From NCBI RefSeq assembly GCF_009914755.1, contig NC_060934.1: DNA of 64,000 bases; one strand, 5' to 3'. Positions 1 to 13,461 of the stretch are shown here, piece after piece; the first letter of the stretch is position 1; each line of letters starts with the position of its first letter. Origin of the DNA: the human T2T-CHM13v2.0 reference genome, Homo sapiens. Under the pieces are notes generated by a model. The model was not told where the DNA came from. It saw only the letters and a list, made by a program, of their open reading frames with translations, and did no database searches. The translations under genes were made by a program, and so were the position numbers.

Positions 1-169
1 AGGAATAAAAGTGAGATTCTTTTTAAACCTTTCAAATTGGAAATTTCTTTTTTGGTATCAATGACCATTATTAATTTGAGCATAGGAAAACAGATCTTCT
101 CTTAGATTTATTTTGGGCATGTAAATTGTTACAACCTTTTGAAGGAAAGTTGATTAATAGGTATAATAT

Positions 170-720
170 GTTTGAGAACTTTATATACATATTCTTTAAT
201 CCAGTAATTCCAGTACAATAATGTATCGTTAAGAAAATAATTAGAAATATGCACAAAGATTTATGAATAATGATGTTTAATGAGGTGAGCATTTTGAATG
301 GTAAAGTGGAACTATCTATATAATAGTAAAGAAAACAATACATTTCCAACAATGGAAGATTATTGAACCACTCATGGTGCAATATAATTGAATACCAAGC
401 AATAAATAAAATTAACATTTCAAAGATTATATAGTCTTAGAAAATGCTCATAATTTATTCAATGAAAAATGATACTATAAATCTGTGAACAGTTTGATCT
501 AAGTTTTATACTGTGTGTGACTGTATAAATTGACTGATTATATAATTGCTTGTACAGGGGAAATTGATTCTATAGGGGAAAGAAAAAGAAAATACATCAA
601 AATATTAATAGTGATTATTTCTGGGTGTGGGATTATTGGTGGTTATTTTATATTTTGCACTTTACAACATTTTTGTGATGAACTTATGTTATATTAATAT
701 TTATTACCAGAACAGTAAAA
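170..720 (+). mobile_element. Old L1M 3'-end fragment (approximate)
   Basis: Degenerate L1 3' motifs (AATCCAGTAATTCCA...; AAAATATTAATAGTGATTATTTCTGGGTGTGGGATTAT). Confidence 0.5.
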
Positions 721-999
721 AGACTTTAGAAATTCTATCCATTCTTGAAAACCTTGTCAAAGGCCAAACCAGCAAAGCCTTTAATTATCCCTGATTGGGA
801 ACAAGAGGAACATCCCCTAGTGATTTGCTCCTCTCTGTGTTGCTTATGACATGCCTTGTATTGCAGTTATTTGTTTACCTTTCTTGTCACCCCACCTTTA
901 TGGTGAGTGCTTCAGGGTTGTGCTGTATTTGCCTTGAATGTAGAAAGCACACATTGCATATTTGTTAACTAAAGATGTATTGGATGATTTGTTGTGATA

Positions 1000-2360
1000 T
1001 CACATTCAAAATATACCCCATATCAGACTACTTCTCCACCTCAGCTCTGGTCCCTGGTACCATGCTGACCTCATGTCTTATGACTTTTCCTAACTCACAG
1101 TCCAGCCATACTGGCCTCCTTGCTACTCTTCCATCTCCCCATACAGGCTCCTGTCTCTAATACTTTTTGCTTCTTGTTATCGCTGCCTGGAAGAACTCCT
1201 CCCCAGTCATTGGTGTGGCTTTGTACTCTCTAATCCTCCTTCAAGTCTTTGTTCAAACGTCTCCTTTACCTCCTAAAACACAATGGCAAAACTTCAAATA
1301 ACCCAACTTAAAAATGGCCAAAGGACTTGAATAGACATTTCTTCAAAGACAACACACAAATGGCCAACAGGTATATAAAAAGAAGTTCGACATTGCTAAG
1401 CATCAGGTAAATGTAAATCAAAATGACAATGAGATATCACCTCACACCTATTTGGCTGTTCTTTAAAAACAAAAGATAAGTTGTGGTGAGGATATGGAGA
1501 AATGGGAACCTTTGTACACTGTTGGTGGGAATGGAAAATGGTATAGCGGCTATGGAAAACAGTATGGCGGTTCCTTGAAAAATTAAAAATAGAACTACCA
1601 TATTATCCAGCAATCCCACTACTGGGTATATATCAAAGGAAATGAAATCAGTATGTCGAAAATAAATCTCCACTTCTGTGTTTATTGTAGCATTATTCAC
1701 CATAGCCAAAATAAGGAAACAACCTAAATGTCTATCAATGGATGAATGAATAAAGCAAGTGTGGTTATACACACATAATGGAATATTATGAAGCCATAAA
1801 AAGAAGGAAATCCTGCCATATGCCAAAACATGGACGAACTGGAGGACATTATGCTAAGTGAAATAAGCCAGATACAGGACAAACACTACATGATTTCCCT
1901 TATATAATGTATCTAAACGTGTCAAACTCATAGAAACAGAGAGTAGAATGGTAGATGTCAGGGGCCGGAGGAGGAGCAATGGGGAGTTACTATTCAACAG
2001 GCATAAAGTTTTGGTTATACAAAATGAGGAAGCTCTGGAGGTCGGCTGCACAACCTTGTGTGTGTAGTTAACTTAGATTTTTGTTGATGGGATAGATCTC
2101 ATGTTACCTGTTCTTACCACAGTTTTATATATATACATATATATGTCTCCCCTTCTCAGCGAGGCCTACCCTGAACCCCACTCTCCACTCCTAGAACTTC
2201 CTTTCTCCTTCTCTTGCTTTGCTTTTCCCCATAGTTCTTTTCACCACTATGTATTTCACTTATTTGTTGTGGTCCACCTCCCTCAGTTAGGAAGGTCTTC
2301 AACAGAGCCCTGCACAGAGAAAGAGCAGGCACTTGATAAATATGTGCTGAATCATTCATG
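1000..2360 (+). mobile_element. L2 fragment split by an L1M insertion
   Basis: L2 motifs CCATACTGGCCTCCTTGCT (~1107) and GCACTTGATAAATATGTGCTGAAT (~2330) on either side of the L1. Confidence 0.55.
1275..2135 (+). mobile_element. L1MA/MB-type ORF2 3' end + 3' UTR
   Basis: AAAGGACTTGAATAGACATTTCTTCAAAG, CAGCAATCCCACTACTGGGTATATA, GGAGGACATTATGCTAAGTGAAATAAGCCAG. Confidence 0.85.
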
Positions 2361-5300
2361 TCTCATGCCACAGCCACTGCGCTTTACTCCTCTTGCTTGA
2401 CTCTTAGGACATAGCTCCAGTTGCAAGTTTAACTTGAACTCTGAGGCCAGGCAGCTTCTTTCAAAACTAATAATGTTCAAGTGGCAAAGTTCAGTTGCAG
2501 CAAAGCATTAATTGCTCACGTGAACATCAAAGTTTCCAAAGCCTTGTGACCTTGCTTCCCTAAGACCCAGAAAGGGGAGTCCTGGACATCAAAGGAATCC
2601 ATCAAGTGTTACCGACAATCATTCCAGCGATGCTGAAAGTCTAATGTTTTCAATGACCCCTGGCCTCTCACTTGAGCAATAAACCCAAAAGTGATTTTCC
2701 TCTTCAAATTTCCTTTCCCTAGTCAGACCAACAGGCACACACAGAAGCATGAAATAATGGTGCAATAGAACAGGGCTGGACTAAGAAGTCAGGGAGCTAA
2801 CTTCTAATCTAGCCTTCTTCACTTCATATCTGTGAGTATGGGTGAGTCCCTTACTATCTGAGCCGCAATTTCCTCATTTTTTAAAAAAAGAATTCAATCT
2901 AGATCATCTCCATATACCCACTTTTCTTGCTCTGAAACATTAGTGTTCCATGAAATGCTAAGTCTCTGCAAAGAGGATGCTAGAACCATCCAGGGTTGCA
3001 TTTCCTCAATTCCTCCATGTGAACCCTGTCGTTTTTCTTCATTTCTTTCCCCCGCATAAAACTACCTTCTGTCATATCGCAGGGCAATTCTAATTATGAG
3101 GTTCTTAAGAGGATCTCCTGAGCTTATTCCATCCCTAAACTGGAACAGGCATAAAGATCTGTTGGGGCTCTATGAGTATGAAATGCACTAATGTGTACAA
3201 ACCATCTGTCTCAGTGCCGGCATATAGCAGGCTCCTGGTAAATATTCATTTTGTCCCTTTCACGTCCTTTTCAGGGTTCTATTCTGATGAGCCTAGGAAA
3301 AGAGAGAATGCATGAAACCATTAGCCCAGCCTCCATCTGATCACACTTGCCATCTTCATCTTCAGAAATGACAGCGCAACTGCGTTGCCTTGGTCCATAC
3401 AATTCCACCAGGGCTTGGTCAGATCATCATGATGTCAACAGGCATTTTGTGGATCATTCCCAATGGCTTTATTTTTTGCAACATATATTCTCTCATTTAA
3501 TCTTCACAACAGCCCTATTAAATAGCTATCGTATTCCATGCTACAGATGAGGAAATTGAGGAACACATGTTGCTGAGGGTTATCACAAGCTGGTAAGTGA
3601 CGAGTTGGGCACTCAAAATTAGGTTTTCCAGTGCATAGCTCCTTCCTCCTTCCCAAAGCTGCAGAGTGAAATGGGTTTGAAGGGATGAGTCACTATCTGA
3701 AAATGTTGGGTCGACATGCGCCAAGTTGGAGGAGTTAACATTGGCCTGGTCCCTAACATATTTTTCCCTTAAGGGGTAATAATGAACAAACCTTAACCTG
3801 TTAAGCATCCGCATGCACACAGTATTACATCTGATTTCTAATTTTTCCAACAAGTCTGAAAGCGAGCTGAGCTCAAAGAGATTAAGGAACCAGCCTGAGA
3901 ATACCCGGGCAGTAGCTGGTAGAGATGTGGGCCCTACCCAGGTTCCTCTGGCTCCGTGGTTCCCCCTCCCCACTCTGCAATTCTCTCTAGTAATGTCAAT
4001 TGTTGGGCCCTAGGGGTGAGATTTTACCACCATACCATCTGAGTACCTACCCTGCACAGAATCCTGCTTACCCCATCTGAGTCTCTGGCACAGGAACCAA
4101 CAGCACGAAGTTGGCCTCAGCTTCACCTCCCATCACCTGAGCACCACCCGAGCCCACCAGTTGCCCTCCCTGCTTCAAACGCATAAGATCCTCATGAGCT
4201 GCCCTGCTCACTAGGCCTTGAAATTGCCATATTTTGCATCACTTTCGATGCTTCCTTATGGACAAGGGATACCTCGAGGGCAGGGCTTATGTGGGGTATG
4301 TTTCTGTTTGCTCATGGCACCTAGTATAAAGCCTTTCTTATAAAATCCTGAGAATAAATGGATTTAAGCTCAATGCTTTGGGAATTGTGATGAAGCACCC
4401 TGTGCTTCATTAACATGTTTCTCCATCCTTGCGTGGAAGAGGCTATGAAATTTAAGGGTTGAGCAGCAAGAAACTAGGTTGTGAGCAACTTGAGAACAGG
4501 AACAATGTCTGATTCAAGGGCTAATGCTTAGGCCAAAAGCCCTTCCCTAGCGCTTAGGACCTCGATGAACAAACTTCAGCAAGTCCAATAACTCCCTAAA
4601 AATATATGTAAATGTTTTTGAGGATGTTCATTTCTACACTTGTCTGCCGCAAAAACCCAGAGCTTTCATTTGATTGTCAAAGTGTGTTAAGACTCACTGT
4701 CCAAGTACATAGTAGATGCATACTCATACATCCAACATATGCTGAATGAGCACTTCCTCAGAACCATTTGCTCTATGGATTGATGAAGGAAGGAAAAGAA
4801 GTGTGCAAGGTGCAGACTTTTAAAGTCAGATTCATTTATTTCACTGGTTTTAGTTAAAGCTTTTGAGATACTGTTAGGGGGTCAAGTCCTTCTTCCCAAT
4901 TAGAGTCCCCCTTAAGTCATTTTAAAGGCCAAATTTTAAAAGCAGCAATATTACACAAGTTTCAGGCTAGAAACCGGGACACCTGAATTCTGATTCCAGA
5001 GTTATTACTGATTAGTCAGAGTGGCCTTAGGCAAGTCCCTGAAAGCAGGTGGTTTGTGACACTTCTCAACTTAAAGTCTGCCACAACCCAGTGACAGATG
5101 ACTTTTCCATAGGAGAACAAATTTATTATTTTTTTAATGTATGGAAAAGTAAAATATAACCATAATTAATAAATGTTATGTTGACAACATGTTCTAGAAG
5201 ATTCTTTATAATACCATACCCTCCATCCCTCTCTTCCCCTATATCTCTTACTCACCCATGCCTCCCCTTTCATTTCCAACCAAGAAAGCATGTGAGCAGG

Positions 5301-5449
5301 TGAGGAATAGTGATTCCTCCTAATTTAATTTAAAAGTGAATTGTTTGCAGACATGAGCACTTTGATGGTAGTGTGTTATAGACCCCGGGAACATTCCTCC
5401 CAGGACGTCGTGAGCATTTGGAGCTCAAGAAGGTGGAGAGATCCCTGGA

Positions 5450-5650
5450 TTTAGAGTCAGAGCAATTATATAGCAAATCTCAGCTCTGCTTATTGGCTGT
5501 GTGACTTTGGGAAGTTAGATGACTTCTCTGTGCCTCTGTTTCATTACCTGAAAAATGGAGATGGCACCCATTATCTCACAGGGTTGTGAGGGTTAAACAA
5601 GGCATAGGGTGGAAAGGGCCAATTAGCACTGTGCCCAGCCCACAGATAAT
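5450..5650 (+). mobile_element. MIR
   Basis: Core GCTGTGTGACTTTGGGAAGTTAGATGACTTCTCTGTGCCTCTGTTTC. Confidence 0.75.
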
Positions 5651-5831
5651 GAATTTCAGTGTTCTTCTCCTAATTACTCTCTCTGGACCTCAGGTTTCTG
5701 GTCATCAAGATGAAAAGGTTGAATTAGATCTACGTCGGCAGGCCCTATATTGGTTTCCCTCACCTCCTGACTCTAGAATGGATCCCAGCTACCATGGGGG
5801 TGAGGCTTTAGTAAGATGAAAAAAAAACAGA

Positions 5832-6150
5832 GGCTGGGCGGGGTTGCTCATGTCTGTAATCCCAGCACTTTGAGAGGCCAAGGAGGATGGATCACCGAGG
5901 CCAGGAGTTTGAGACCAGCCCGGCCAACATGGTGAAAACCCGTCTCTACTGAATACATACAAAAATAATTAGCCAGGCTTGGTAGTGTGCACCTGTAGTC
6001 CCAGCTACTCAGGAGACTGAGGCATGAGAATTGCTTGGACCGAGGTGGCAGAGGTTGCATTAAGTTGAGATCGTGCCACTGCACTCCACTCCAACCTGGG
6101 CAACAGAGCAAGACTCTGTCTCAAAAAAAAAAAAAAAGAAAAGAAAAGAA
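5832..6150 (+). mobile_element. Alu
   Basis: Dimeric Alu consensus with A-rich tail. Confidence 0.95.
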
Positions 6151-7266
6151 GAGACAGAAACCCTGTTAGCAAACAATACATCAAAGATTTGCTACTGAGT
6201 TAGCCAATATTATCGAGGGAAACTTCTTAGCAGATGCTTCTCTCTGAAGGACAGGAAAGGTCATCCTTCACCTCTGTAGCAACCACAAAGGAAAAACTGG
6301 AAGGAGTGGCCTGTCCTGGCCTTCTAGGCCCCACAGAGAGAATTAAGCAGTTAAAATCTTTGCTTCTCAAACTAAGAGACAGGTATCCTTGCAGGAATGC
6401 AGCAGGAGCTAGGGACACCCGAGGCATGAGAAAGCCAGCTTATCTTACTGAGACACTGTATTGTAATTTTTAAAATTATTTTTATTTTTTTGCAGTTTTT
6501 TAAAATGGCAATATAAAACTTTATATTTTGCTTTTATTTTTAAAAACACAGATATATTATGATAAAACTGTTTTTATAGATTTTTAAGACCAGGGTAGGG
6601 AGGGGGCCTAACCCATTCATATACTCTTATGAGGTAGAAAAGTTTAAGAAACACAGGCCAAGATGGTCCCTAACATCACGTGTGGTTGTATGTCTGTGCC
6701 AGCTCCAGGCCTGCCTCTCCAAACAAGACTATCGGAGCTTATCAAACACAAATAACTTAATTAAAATATAAAACTGGGGCAGAAATTTGAAGTTCACCTT
6801 GAAAAGAATTAGCTCAAACAGCAAGCAAGCCAGGAGCAGCTGAACAAACTAAGTGCTCCCTGGCCCAGGCTGCAGGATTGCATGGTCCTGGGGGAGCATT
6901 TCCACTTTGTGCCCAGGACAAAAGGCCTTCATGGACATCACATGGACTGAGGCAGGCGCCCTTGTGATGTTGCAGGCAGATAAGGAATAGGCCAATCATT
7001 CTTATGGTGTGTAAAAGGAAAACAAGAGCTATAAGAACTCCAGTGGACAGAAAGGTCACAAATCAACTAAACATCAAGAATGACGAAATTCTAATCATTT
7101 CTGGATACTGCCTACATGTTGAAAGCAATTCATTTTATTGCATAAAACTGGAGAAGTGCAGAAAAGCATAAACTACAAGTAAAAATTACCCATAATCTCT
7201 TTGCCCAGAGAAAATAACTGAAGAAGTGTTAACATTTTGTTGTAGCTTAGATAAACAGATAGATAG

Positions 7267-7267
<1 letters not shown>

Positions 7268-7302
<35 letters not shown>
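7268..7302. repeat. (TG)17 microsatellite
   Basis: Direct reading. Confidence 0.95.
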
Positions 7303-7307
<5 letters not shown>

Positions 7308-7412
7308 ATTTAAATTTGGAATTATACTATACACAATGTTTTGTTACCTATTTTTTCATTAGACATTACATTATGGGCAGTTTTCCATGTACTTATTCCG
7401 AAAAATTATAGC

Positions 7413-7683
7413 TTTGTTGTTGTTGTTGTTGTCTCACTCTATCACCCAGGCTGGAGTACAGTGGCTCGATCTCAGGTCACTGCAACCTCCACCTCCAGGG
7501 TTCAAGCAAGTAGCGGGGATTACAGACACCCACCTTCACACCCGATTAATGTTTGCCTTTTTAGTAGATACTGGGTTTCACCATGTTGGCCAGGCTGATC
7601 TTGAACTCCCAACCTCAGGTGATCCACCTGTCTTGGCCTCCCAAAGTGCTGGGATTACAGATGTGAGCCACTGCAGCTGACCC
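7413..7683 (-). mobile_element. Alu with (TTG)n tail and a small internal deletion
   Basis: Antisense Alu consensus; GGGTTCAAGC joins directly to AAGTAGC. Confidence 0.9.
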
Positions 7684-7884
7684 AAAATAATGGTTTCTAA
7701 TAATTTCATTATAATGCATTTTTATATTATGATATATAATACATATGAAGTAAATTATATAGAGATATTTCATTTATGCAGTTATATACACATTTCAATA
7801 TTCATGTATGTGTATGTATACTTAGTTTACTTAACCAGTACTTTTGGAAATTTATATCTAAATTTTCACCATTATAAACAATGA

Positions 7885-8090
7885 CCATAACAATAGCTAA
7901 TATTTATCGTGTTAAGCACTTTATAAGGATTATCTTATTTCATTATTTCACAAGAATGCCACAAATTGGGCATTCTTATCATCTCCATTTTACAGATGAA
8001 GAAATAGAGGCAGAGAGAAATGAAGAAATTTGCCCAAAGTCATAGAGCTAGTAGGGGATATAGCCAGGACATGAACCCAGGCATTGTTTT
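7885..8090 (-). mobile_element. MIR
   Basis: CATTTTACAGATGAAGAAATAGAGGCAGAGAGAAATGAAGAAATTTGCCCAAAGTCATAGAGC. Confidence 0.75.
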
Positions 8091-11000
8091 AATCACTATG
8101 AAATCTGAATTTCAGTTTCTTCATTAGTTAAAAAACAACAGCAACAACAAAAACCAAAAAAACCCTTTTAGCACACTGGTCTAAAAGGTCCCTTCCAACT
8201 ACATATTCCAGTTAATCCATTTCATCACTAAGAGAGATACAACAGTGGTAAAAGTGGAGGCTTTAATGCCAGACTTGTCTGAGTTTAACTTCCTAGTTAT
8301 ACTACTCACCAGCCTTAACTCTTAAACTTTAGTGTTCTCGTCTTAAAAATGGGAATGATAGAAGTCCTTACTGGGTTGCTTTGAGAAATAAATGAGATGA
8401 GGCTTGATAAATGTCTCAAACAATCCCTATAACTAGTAACACTTAGAAGTGACTTTTACTGAAAGCATTGTTGCCAATTTAGCCCCAAACTTTCTTCTAG
8501 TAATGCAGTGGCAATCAGTGAGGCCCTTGACAAAGGATAGAGAGTTCGGTTACTCTAGAAGGCAGAAATGAAGCCAAACAATATCCAAGTCACACTAGGA
8601 ACCTCATCTGCTTCAGGTCAGATTTGACAATCAGGCCCCTCCCTCAAGACCAGGTACTGGTGGGGAGAGTCCTCTGGCCTCTATGAGCCCAGACTGGCCA
8701 GTCACAGACCCACAGGGAGACCTGGCCCCTCCAGGCCATATCCAGGGAGAAGCCCTTGCAGAGGGTCCCAGAGGAGCAAGAAAACCAGACTTTAGCATCA
8801 TCTGCTTCTGGACCAGGGGTGTGAAGACAAGCAGGCACCAATCATGATCTATGCTTTCTCAAAGGTCTCTGGAAATATCCAGCCATAGTCTGTTTACAAA
8901 AAAAGAAAAGGCTAGTTTTATTTCTAACCAGTAAGAGAAATATACTCTTCTCCTTGGATATTTTCAAACTTCTGGAATTCATCATCCCAGAGGGGACACC
9001 AGCCCCCCTACACAGCCAGGCATTTATGTAGATGGTGTCTCAAGATGGTGTCACATATAAGAAATGAGGCTTCACTCTCACCATCAAAGGGACTTTTCCC
9101 AGGAGACAACGCACTAGTTGCTGATCTACCTACAGGGGCAGGGGCTGCTCTGCAGCCACCCCTACGAACACTGGGCAGAAATGTGGACACAGCATTGCCA
9201 GACCTTGTCACTTTTCAGGGCGACTTAAAAGTTAAATGATTATAAGAAATCTGCCAATTTTTAAATGTTGGCTCAAATTCATAAAACCCTAAAACGGATT
9301 GAATCAACCCATGGCCTGCCAGTCCATAACCTCTGAGTTAGGGAATGCTCTTCCAGAAATACTCACTAATCAGGAAAGTAGTGGGAAATGACCCTGAAAA
9401 GGAAGGAGGGAAAGAGAAAGGGGTCATTACTAGCAGCATGGAAACATTTAAGCAAAAGTCAGGAGGTGTTCAACAGAATACAACAAAGAGATTGATTAAT
9501 CCAGTAAAAAGGATGGGGAGAAAGGAAATAAAACTGGAAGAATAAGTTAAGGGAGATCATTGGGAGACCCAAATATTGGTATCTGGAGATTTTATTTTAT
9601 CTTGTTAATAATAGGGAGCCACTGAAGATGTTTGAGCATGGGAGTGACTGACACTTGGCTGCAGAAGGGTTACACAAAATCAGGCCTCTTTTACCAAAAT
9701 ATGAAAATCTCTCTCTCTCTTCAACGAAATGAATACACATGCAATCAAAGGAAGAGCTCTGGAGGGCTGCAGCACTTTTTGCAGCACTGGGTCAGCTGAA
9801 ACTCAAGCCCAAATCAGCTCCACTGATTCACTGACTTGACTTTGTTCTCTTTTCCCAAAACCACTGTCTTGTCGTTCTCTCGCTTGCAATGTGTAAGCTG
9901 CCTCTAATGAACCACCTTGAAGTTATTTAATATAAGTTCCAAAAGTCCTGGGACAATGAGTCCTACTCCATGGAGGATGCTATCAGCTCCCTTGAAATCC
10001 CAAACGTAGAAAAATGGGATTGCCCGGTAGGATAATGGTTCCAGTGCATAGAAAAGGAGGCCCTGGTGTGAAGTCATGGGTTTGAGTGATATGGAGGAGA
10101 GAATTCTGATTCCACTCAGGATAAGCTCAAGTGCAGAGGGGAGAGAGAGGTCAACATTTGCATTTTCCAGCAGCCATTTGATAGGGGACCTCTACTGGGC
10201 CCTGATGAGATTCTGGTGGGCAGCTTATGGGTCACGTTGCAGTTAACCCCACCTCACTCCCTTTTACCAGCTAGAAAATAAAGATTTTGCTGTAAGTCAC
10301 CCCTCCCTCAATGGCAATGAAGCTGAGTGAGGTGATTCTCTGAGGCTTCAATTCTCCAAACTCCACCTGGGAGAGGATTGAGTACAGATGAGACAGAATC
10401 TTGAACTTCCCCTCTTACTCAGTGGTGTGGAGCTCAGGAGACCCTTGGCTGTCACAGTTGAATATTTGAGGTTTATTCTATATTCACACATAATCCTGAA
10501 AGTTCAAGACATGAGTCATTTGCTATTTTTGGTCATGTGAATTTGAGTTTCAAGCATGGTGAATGGGGTGATGAGATCTAGTTCCATAGTTAATGATGGG
10601 ACCCCAGTCAATGGGCCATGATGGACCCCAGTCAATGGGCAATTGTTATCACTGTCCTAATTTATGGGAAGAGACCCTGAACAGACTCAACTGCTGAGGG
10701 AAAGAAAGGAAGGTATTTTAAAGAAGGGAAGTTTGATTGGGGAAATTATATTCTATGCAAGTGTTAGCAGATATGGAAATTCAAGAAGGTCTTAAGATCC
10801 ATCCCCAGTGATCGTCAAGGTTCTACTATGCTGTAATCAAAAATGAGGTTTTAGCAGGATATCAAAACTTCATAAGCAAAGGGCTCTCAATGAATAGTTG
10901 AGATCCACCTACCAGTCTGCCTCTCTACCTACTGTTAGTAGAAAAATGCATAGTTAAAATGCATAGTTAAAAAATAATAACAACAGCATAAGGAAGGAAA

Positions 11001-11617
11001 TAGGTCAAAGTCTTAACAGAGTTTGACTCAAGAAGATGTAATTCTGTGTTTTTCTCTGCATCTTTAATATTTTGTACATTTTCTAAATATTTCAGCAGTG
11101 ATCAGTATTACTTCTGTAGTATGAATAAATAAAATAAAAACACAAAGGGGAAAGAGGAAGAGGGAAAGAAACTCAAAAGGAAGAAACTGAGGAAGGTAAA
11201 AGGATAAGAAAACGTCTCAGCCTAACCCCAGCCGTGCAAACCAGCTCAGAGTCACTGTTCAAGGGCCCCCTCCACTTACCCCTCCAATAAATTGCACTAT
11301 GGTCAACCAGCAGCCTTTTCTCAAGATAAAGGCACCACTAGCCACAGGGCTAGCTTCACTGTTAGAAATCGCAATCTCTAATAGTGTCTTGCATGCATGT
11401 GTGACCTTGTAGTTTTGAAAGTGCTTTCATAACTTCCACCTACCAGTCTGTATCTCTACCTAGTGTGGGTAGCAAGAGATGTCATTAATTTATAGGTAGA
11501 GAGAGAGGGAGATTTGGCATAATTCCTTATGAGTAATTAGTGCTTTGATATACAACTTGTAATTTTTCAAAACATCTTGTGAATGCCTCTCCTTTGACTT
11601 TCACCACAATCTTATAA

Positions 11618-12015
<398 letters not shown>

Positions 12016-13461
12016 CTAAGTCCTTCCTAAGTCCAAGTCCTTCTGCCTCTCCAAGGGTAGACCACACTTTGCTGTAGTTACCTTGGAGGCGTCCACACAG
12101 CCATAAATGGATTTCCTGTCAATTTTAACCATCTTTTAAATCCTCTGGGGAGGATCGATTTTCATAGCTTTTTAAATCCAACTGTAAGAGAACAGAGAGT
12201 TGGTTTCAAACCAGAAGCTAAAGTAATGTGAATGGTCTGAGGTTACGGGTAAAGCGATGGAGCGCAAAGGCCAGGGCGTGAAACCGTGGAACTCTCCAGC
12301 GTCAACAATACTTGGAGCAAATCGCAGGCCTGACTATGCAGCTCCCAAATTCCTCAAATTCAGGTTACTGGATTACTCTGTTTTGTTTTTTCTTTCAAAA
12401 GAAGAAAAAAATCATTACACTATGTTCTCCCATAAAAAAAATCTTGCAGCTATGCATATATGAACACAATGCTGAGTGTTCCCAAAATATCAATACCGTT
12501 ATTTGGACCAGCCTATTGGCTCACTAAGTCACAGACAGATAAAGCCCTTTAATTACAAATTGTTAATGAAGTGGGGAAATAGTAACCAGAAAATCACCAA
12601 ATAAATTGGGTCTGTAAAGACAGAGCCAATTAACATGAAAGCAAATGGGAATGCAACCAGAAAGACACCTCCAGCCCCATGTCCCAATACTGCAGGTGGA
12701 AGGTGGTAAGGGGTTGGCCTAAATTTCTCCTACAAGCTCAGATCCGGCATGTTCTTCTGCTTTGAACTTATTTCCCAATACATGAGAAGACACAGGCTGG
12801 TAAGACAGAATTGATGGATGAACAGTTCTATAGGATGTGATTTAAAAGCAAAGTTAGTATCAGAAAGATTCACTGCAGGGCGTGAAGCACTTTGGGACTC
12901 GAAGCACCCAAAATCTTGAAGGCAACTGTGCTGGCATCGTGAAAAGGTAGGCCATCAGCTCCCCATACATAGAGAGTCCCTAAGAACCTCACCAGAAGAA
13001 GCCGAAGGACTCAGATGAAAGATGTCATCTAAATGGCTTAAATATCATTTAAAGATTTAGTAACTTATCCACAGACACACAGGCGGTCTGTCTCACATTC
13101 ATGCCCTGGCTCCTAACCATCCACGTAGCCCCTCCCATCATTACTGAAACAATTGCATCATATTCATGGGCTAAGGCAATGATACTTTCTCCTGGTATGA
13201 AAAAGACTCAGACAGCAATCACTGCATTTTATGTCATCATTTAACAATTATTTAGTTAAATGCCAGGCACAAGGCTGAGTGATGGGAATTCAGCTGTGGA
13301 CAAGCTGGAGACAGTTCCCTGACATGCAGCACTTCCAGTATAGTGGGAAAGATAAGAATTCAACAAAAAATAATAACATGACCATTAACACAAAGTTGAT
13401 AGCCTCAAAGGTGCTTAGAAAATGATAATGCAAGAGGTTTCTTTTTGTAATTAACTTGGAC

